Shown piece after piece: positions 60,152 to 64,000 of a DNA stretch of 64,000 bases (positions are counted from its first letter, which is position 1; every line of letters starts with the position of its first letter). Under the pieces are notes generated by a model. The model had not been told where the DNA came from and did not search any database. It worked only from the letters and a program-made list of their open reading frames with translations. The stretch is taken from NCBI GenBank assembly GCA_038526515.1, contig JBCBGS010000001.1:4733-68732 (forward strand), in the 5' to 3' direction. This stretch comes from Pseudomonadota bacterium. GTDB lineage: Bacteria; Pseudomonadota; Alphaproteobacteria; Caulobacterales; Hyphomonadaceae. Made by a program: the position numbers and the translations under genes.

Positions 60152-60757
60152 TTAGGAAGCATCCGCCAAGTTTTGGTTGGCGAAGTCCCAATTGACCAGG
60201 TTGTCGAGGAAGCTCGCCATATAGTTTGGACGAGAGTTCTGGTAGTCGAGATAGTAAGCGTGCTCCCAAACATCCATCGTCAGGAGCGGCGTTACGCCAG
60301 CTTCTGTCAGAGGGGTCTCTGCGTTTGGCGTTTTGGTGATGGCGAGCTTGCCGTCTTTCAAAACCAGCCAGGCCCAACCAGAGCCAAACTGACCGCCGCC
60401 GGCTGCTTTAAACTGAGTTGCGAACTCGTCGTACGAACCAAAGTCACGATCGATCAGTTCTGCGATCTTACCGTGTGGGGCGCCGCCGCCACCTGGCTTC
60501 ATAGAGTGCCAGTAGAAAGTGTGGTTCCAAACTTGCGCTGCATTGTTAAAGAGACCTGCTTTTGCCGCATCGCCGGCAGACGCCTTGACGATATCTTCCA
60601 GGGAAGCGTCTGCGAGGTCAGTTCCATCAATCAGTTTATTGAGGTTGGTGACGTACGCATTGTGGTGCTTGCCGTGGTGGAAGTTCAGCGTGTCTTCTGA
60701 GATATGCGGGGCAAGGCCGTCGCGGCCATAAGGTAGTTCTGGTAGGTCAAAAGCCAT
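60152..60757 (-). CDS. sodB: Fe superoxide dismutase
   Basis: HHGKHHNAY, FNNAAQVWNHTFYW and DVWEHAYY. ATG 60757 follows an AAGGAGA RBS. Confidence 0.95.
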   Translation of the reverse strand: MAFDLPELPYGRDGLAPHISEDTLNFHHGKHHNAYVTNLNKLIDGTDLADASLEDIVKASAGDAAKAGLFNNAAQVWNHTFYWHSMKPGGGGAPHGKIAELIDRDFGSYDEFATQFKAAGGGQFGSGWAWLVLKDGKLAITKTPNAETPLTEAGVTPLLTMDVWEHAYYLDYQNSRPNYMASFLDNLVNWDFANQNLADAS

Positions 60758-60813
60758 GTCATTGGTCTCCTTGAAGAATTTTTCGCTGTTTCTGCGCAGC
60801 CTTTGCCACAGAT

Positions 60814-61461
60814 ATGGGTTCCATGACCAGTCCTGCCAGTGATTCTCTGAAAGAAATTGTCGCGCGTTTGGATCAGCGGATTCAAACCGTCGACGAAGAA
60901 CGTTGGTTGTCCAGTCGTTATGCGCCGGATGAGGCAAGACATGCCCTCATCATCTTGTACGCGTTTTACTATGAACTCGCGCGTGTTCGCATAGTCGTCA
61001 CGGATCAGACGATGGGGCAGATCCGCTTTCAATGGTGGCGGGACGCGCTTGAAGAGTTGCAGCAGGGTGCGCCGTGCCAGCATGATGTCGTGCTCGCGCT
61101 CGCTTCGATCTTGCCGGTGTTGGAGGGGGGAGTAGAGCAGCTTGGGCGGTTGATCGAAGCCCATGAAGCCGCGTTCTTTTCTGAAGACCGGGCCGATGAG
61201 CCGGAAGATCAACTGGTTAGCATGGCAACGAAATTACTCGGCGATGAGACCGTTGCGTATGGAGGCATTGCACGCGAATGGGCGGCGCTCAGGCGCGGTG
61301 ATGACGTGGACCAGGTTCAACCCAAGCTGAAGGTCAGCTCAGTGGTTCGCCCGGCCGTGGCGCATTTGCGACTGCGACATGCCTGGAAAAGAGGGCGGAA
61401 ACTTTCGCCGCTTCAGAAGCGGTTAAGTGTCTTGTGCGCAATGCTAGCGGGTCGCGTTTAG
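60814..61461 (+). CDS. Squalene/phytoene synthase-fold protein (NDUFAF6-like, short)
   Basis: LYAFYYELAR and GQIRFQWWRDAL; no intact DDxxD motifs. Confidence 0.75.
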   Translation: MGSMTSPASDSLKEIVARLDQRIQTVDEERWLSSRYAPDEARHALIILYAFYYELARVRIVVTDQTMGQIRFQWWRDALEELQQGAPCQHDVVLALASILPVLEGGVEQLGRLIEAHEAAFFSEDRADEPEDQLVSMATKLLGDETVAYGGIAREWAALRRGDDVDQVQPKLKVSSVVRPAVAHLRLRHAWKRGRKLSPLQKRLSVLCAMLAGRV

Positions 61462-61473
61462 CGATGTCGCGAC

Positions 61474-61500
61474 AAAATAGTGAACAGTGTTCACTTTTTT
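61474..61500. promoter_or_regulatory. Palindromic operator upstream of tolC
   Basis: AAAAt-AGTGAACA-G-TGTTCACT-tTTTT, with perfect 8-bp arms. Confidence 0.6.
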
Positions 61501-61548
61501 CGGATCCGTACTACATAGAGACGCGATAAAGATAAAAAGAGGCCTCCC

Positions 61549-62856
61549 ATGCTGCGTAAATCTGTTCTGGTTTCACTTTCTGCACTCGTTCTGGCGCTGC
61601 CAGGTCATTCGGAAACACTGCAAGATGCGCTGACAGCCGCCTTTCAAACCAACCCATCTTTGGACGTCCAACGCGTTGAGCTCGGCATTGCGCGCGAGCA
61701 GTTGAACCAAGCGCGCGGCGCGCGCGCCCCGACGGTCGATTTGTCTGCTTCAGGCGGCTACGAGTCTTTGGATAGCAATCAACCGATTGCCTTCAATGTC
61801 GGCGATCGCCCGATTGCCTCTGCACAATTACAAGCCACGCTGCCCCTCTACACAGGCGGGCGGATTTCGGCAGGGATCGACCAGGCCCAGGCGGGTATTC
61901 TGGCCGCCAACGCCCAATTCGATGGCGTATCGCAGGACCTCATCCTCAACGTCGTCACGTCTTATGTCGACGTTCTTCGTGACCGTGAAGCGATCCAAAT
62001 CCGCGCCAATAGTGTGGCGCTTTTGGAGGAGCAACTGCGTGCCGCCACGGATCGATTTGAAGTGGGTTTTGCAACTCGTACCGATGTGAAGCAGGCCGAA
62101 GCCCGTCTGCAGGGCGCGAAGGCCGCGTTCTCCGGCGCGGAGGCCCAGCTCGAAGCGTCGCTGGCTGTCTATGAAGTCTTTGTGGGGCAGCCTGCGGGGG
62201 ATCTCTCTCCCGTGGAGGAGGCGCCCGCAATCCCTGACACGTATGAAGCTGCGCTCGCAACCGCCCTTGCCGAAAACCCGGATCTGATCGCATTGCGTCA
62301 GGCAGAGAAAGCGGCAGAGCAGGGTGTCCGCAGCGCGAAAGGCGAGAGCAAACCTAGCCTGTCTTTGGTCGGAACAGCCAGCGCGCAAGAGACCTTTGAT
62401 ATCGAGGCCAGCGCCATCACACCGACTGGTGTATCGACCCTGCCAGCCGACAATTATCGCGATACCCAGGTCCGGCTTTTGGCGCAGGGCAGCGTTCCAC
62501 TGTTCCAGGGCGGTATCTTACGGAGCCGCGTTCGGGCTGCACGCCTAGAGCGCGAACAAGCGCGGCTGCAAACGATCAATGCTGAGCGCCAGATCACCGC
62601 CAGCATCGCGCAAGCCTGGTATGGCAACATCGCCGCAGAGCAGGCCATTACGGCGTCAGAGCGCCAAGTTGAGGCGGCTGAGATCGCTTATGAAGGCGCG
62701 CAAGAAGAGTTAAGCGTCGGCACGCGAACCACGCTTGATGTGCTGGATCAGGAACAGCAACTGCTCGAAGCGCGTCTTGGTTTGATCGATGCGCGGCGCG
62801 ATGCATTTGTGGCAACTCACCAACTTTTGCGCGCCATGGGGAATCTCGCCTACTAG
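61549..62856 (+). CDS. tolC: TolC family outer membrane protein
   Basis: Signal peptide, RFEVGFATRTDV.QA and GTRTTLDVLD; upstream of popZ. Confidence 0.92.
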   Translation: MLRKSVLVSLSALVLALPGHSETLQDALTAAFQTNPSLDVQRVELGIAREQLNQARGARAPTVDLSASGGYESLDSNQPIAFNVGDRPIASAQLQATLPLYTGGRISAGIDQAQAGILAANAQFDGVSQDLILNVVTSYVDVLRDREAIQIRANSVALLEEQLRAATDRFEVGFATRTDVKQAEARLQGAKAAFSGAEAQLEASLAVYEVFVGQPAGDLSPVEEAPAIPDTYEAALATALAENPDLIALRQAEKAAEQGVRSAKGESKPSLSLVGTASAQETFDIEASAITPTGVSTLPADNYRDTQVRLLAQGSVPLFQGGILRSRVRAARLEREQARLQTINAERQITASIAQAWYGNIAAEQAITASERQVEAAEIAYEGAQEELSVGTRTTLDVLDQEQQLLEARLGLIDARRDAFVATHQLLRAMGNLAY

Positions 62857-62896
62857 GCGAGTTAGGGATATCAAGAATCCCGTGCTAATTAACTGA

Positions 62897-62912
62897 GTAA
62901 TCCCTTGTTAAC
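62897..62912 (+). promoter_or_regulatory. Near-consensus CtrA box upstream of popZ
   Basis: GTAA-TCCCTTG-TTAAC compared with the consensus TTAA-N7-TTAA(C). Confidence 0.5.
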
Positions 62913-62959
62913 CGACCTGAAGTAGCCGGTTAATAGAAACAAACTCAGTGGACGTGGAT

Positions 62960-63631
62960 ATGGCCGAGCAAGCCCAAAAAGAACCGACCATGGAGGAGAT
63001 CCTCTCTTCCATTCGCAAAATCATCGCTGATGATGATGCGCCAGCTCCGGAACCAGAAGCCGAAGTCGAAGCGACTGCAGACCTCGACAGCGTGTTTGAG
63101 GATGAGGCAGGTGCTGAAGACCTGACCACCGTCGAGAGCGAAGAGGACGTTCTGGCTGCGATCAGCCAGTCGATGGAAGACCTCACCGATGACGCTGAAC
63201 CTGAGCTCGAGGTCGCGGAAGATGACGGTCTCGATTTCGTCGTTGAAGAAGATAATTTTGAGAGCTTCGAAGAAACTGATTTTGAAGGGGTAGAAGACTT
63301 TGTTGAGGCGGAAGCTGAACCTGTCGAAGACACGTTCGAACCTGCTCCTGAGCCTCAACCTGAGCCCGTGATTGAAGAGGAAGCTCCTATGGTCGCTAAG
63401 ACTGCTCCGCTAACTGATACTGCCACCGTAACCGCCGCTGCTGGCGCACTCGGAAAACTGCTCTCGAACGTCGAGTTTGGCGAAGAAGCAGGCGGCACAA
63501 CAACGATTGAAGGCTTGGTGCGCGAAATGATGCGTCCGATGCTGAAAGAATGGCTCGACGAGAACCTTCCGGGGATCGTTGAGAAGCATGTGGAAGCCGA
63601 AGTGCAGCGAATTGCACGCATGGCTGGCTAG
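62960..63631 (+). CDS. popZ: Polar organizing protein PopZ (DUF2497)
   Basis: EPTMEEILSSIRKII, an acidic P/E/D linker and LVREMMRPMLKEWLDENLP. ATG at 62960. Confidence 0.95.
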   Translation: MAEQAQKEPTMEEILSSIRKIIADDDAPAPEPEAEVEATADLDSVFEDEAGAEDLTTVESEEDVLAAISQSMEDLTDDAEPELEVAEDDGLDFVVEEDNFESFEETDFEGVEDFVEAEAEPVEDTFEPAPEPQPEPVIEEEAPMVAKTAPLTDTATVTAAAGALGKLLSNVEFGEEAGGTTTIEGLVREMMRPMLKEWLDENLPGIVEKHVEAEVQRIARMAG

Positions 63632-63660
63632 ACCCACACAATTCCTCTGCTAAAGAGACG

Positions 63661-63687
63661 GGCGCGCCAGAGATGGCGCGCCTTTTT
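63661..63687 (+). terminator. Terminator after popZ
   Basis: GGCGCGCCA-GAGA-TGGCGCGCC-TTTTT. Confidence 0.8.
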
Positions 63688-63719
63688 CGATTCTACAAAG
63701 ACCGACCGGACCGCATACA

Positions 63720-64000
63720 ATGATCGACCAGCGTTTTGACCCCAAAGCCCACGAGCAACGCATCTATAAGCGTTGGGAAGACGCGGGCTGTTTCCGGCCG
63801 AGTATGGACACGTCGGCCGAGCCTTATGCGATCATGATCCCGCCGCCGAACGTCACCGGCAGCCTGCATATGGGGCACGCGCTGAACAATACGGTTCAGG
63901 ACATCCTCTGCCGCTTCGAGCGGATGCGCGGCAAGAATGTCCGCTGGCAGCCCGGCATGGACCATGCCGGCATCGCCACACAAATGGTGGTCGAGCGGCA
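63720..64000 (+). CDS. valS: Valyl-tRNA synthetase, 5' part; runs off the right edge
   Basis: Manual translation gives MIDQRFDPK...[22 protein letters not shown]...[16 protein letters not shown]. Confidence 0.97.
   Translation, partial: MIDQRFDPKAHEQRIYKRWEDAGCFRPSMDTSAEPYAIMIPPPNVTGSLHMGHALNNTVQDILCRFERMRGKNVRWQPGMDHAGIATQMVVER

Noticed and set aside
60758-60937. N-terminal extension of sodB in the ORF track
   Set aside because: It overlaps the divergent gene, and the RBS plus the SOD N-terminus support a start at 60757.
1-64000. CRISPR array, tRNA, rRNA, IS, integrase or prophage
   Set aside because: I saw no spaced repeats, cloverleaf motifs, transposase, integrase or phage structural genes by eye. 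tRNAscan, Infernal and CRISPR finders were not run.

Overview
64 kb of mostly core chromosome from an alphaproteobacterium, probably Caulobacterales/Hyphomonadaceae (inferred from cckA, tipN, popZ, an HfsK-like GNAT and roughly 55-60% GC by eye). About 55 CDS can be supported. They cover cell-cycle and polarity genes (cckA, a PAS_5/MopJ-like gene, tipN, popZ), xseB-ispA-dxs, bioB, sdaA, methionine gamma-lyase with a divergent Lrp regulator, ccmF-G-H-I, purT, sodB, tolC, the start of valS, and many lipid/acyl-CoA catabolic enzymes. I see no rRNA, tRNA, CRISPR array, IS, integrase or prophage. The best novelty candidates are: (1) a stand-alone fusion of a CarB-type MGS nucleotide-sensing domain to a CodA-like deaminase barrel with an altered catalytic motif, behind a 518-bp structured intergenic region; (2) back-to-back sigma54-type promoters for a PAS_5 protein and a secreted Cys-rich protein with a predicted charge-complementary beta-hairpin stalk; (3) a tandem pair of diverged TPR-like lipoproteins after dxs; (4) an alkylglycerol-monooxygenase-like gene coupled to a GMC oxidoreductase. 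All family calls come from motif recognition by eye and no database search was run.
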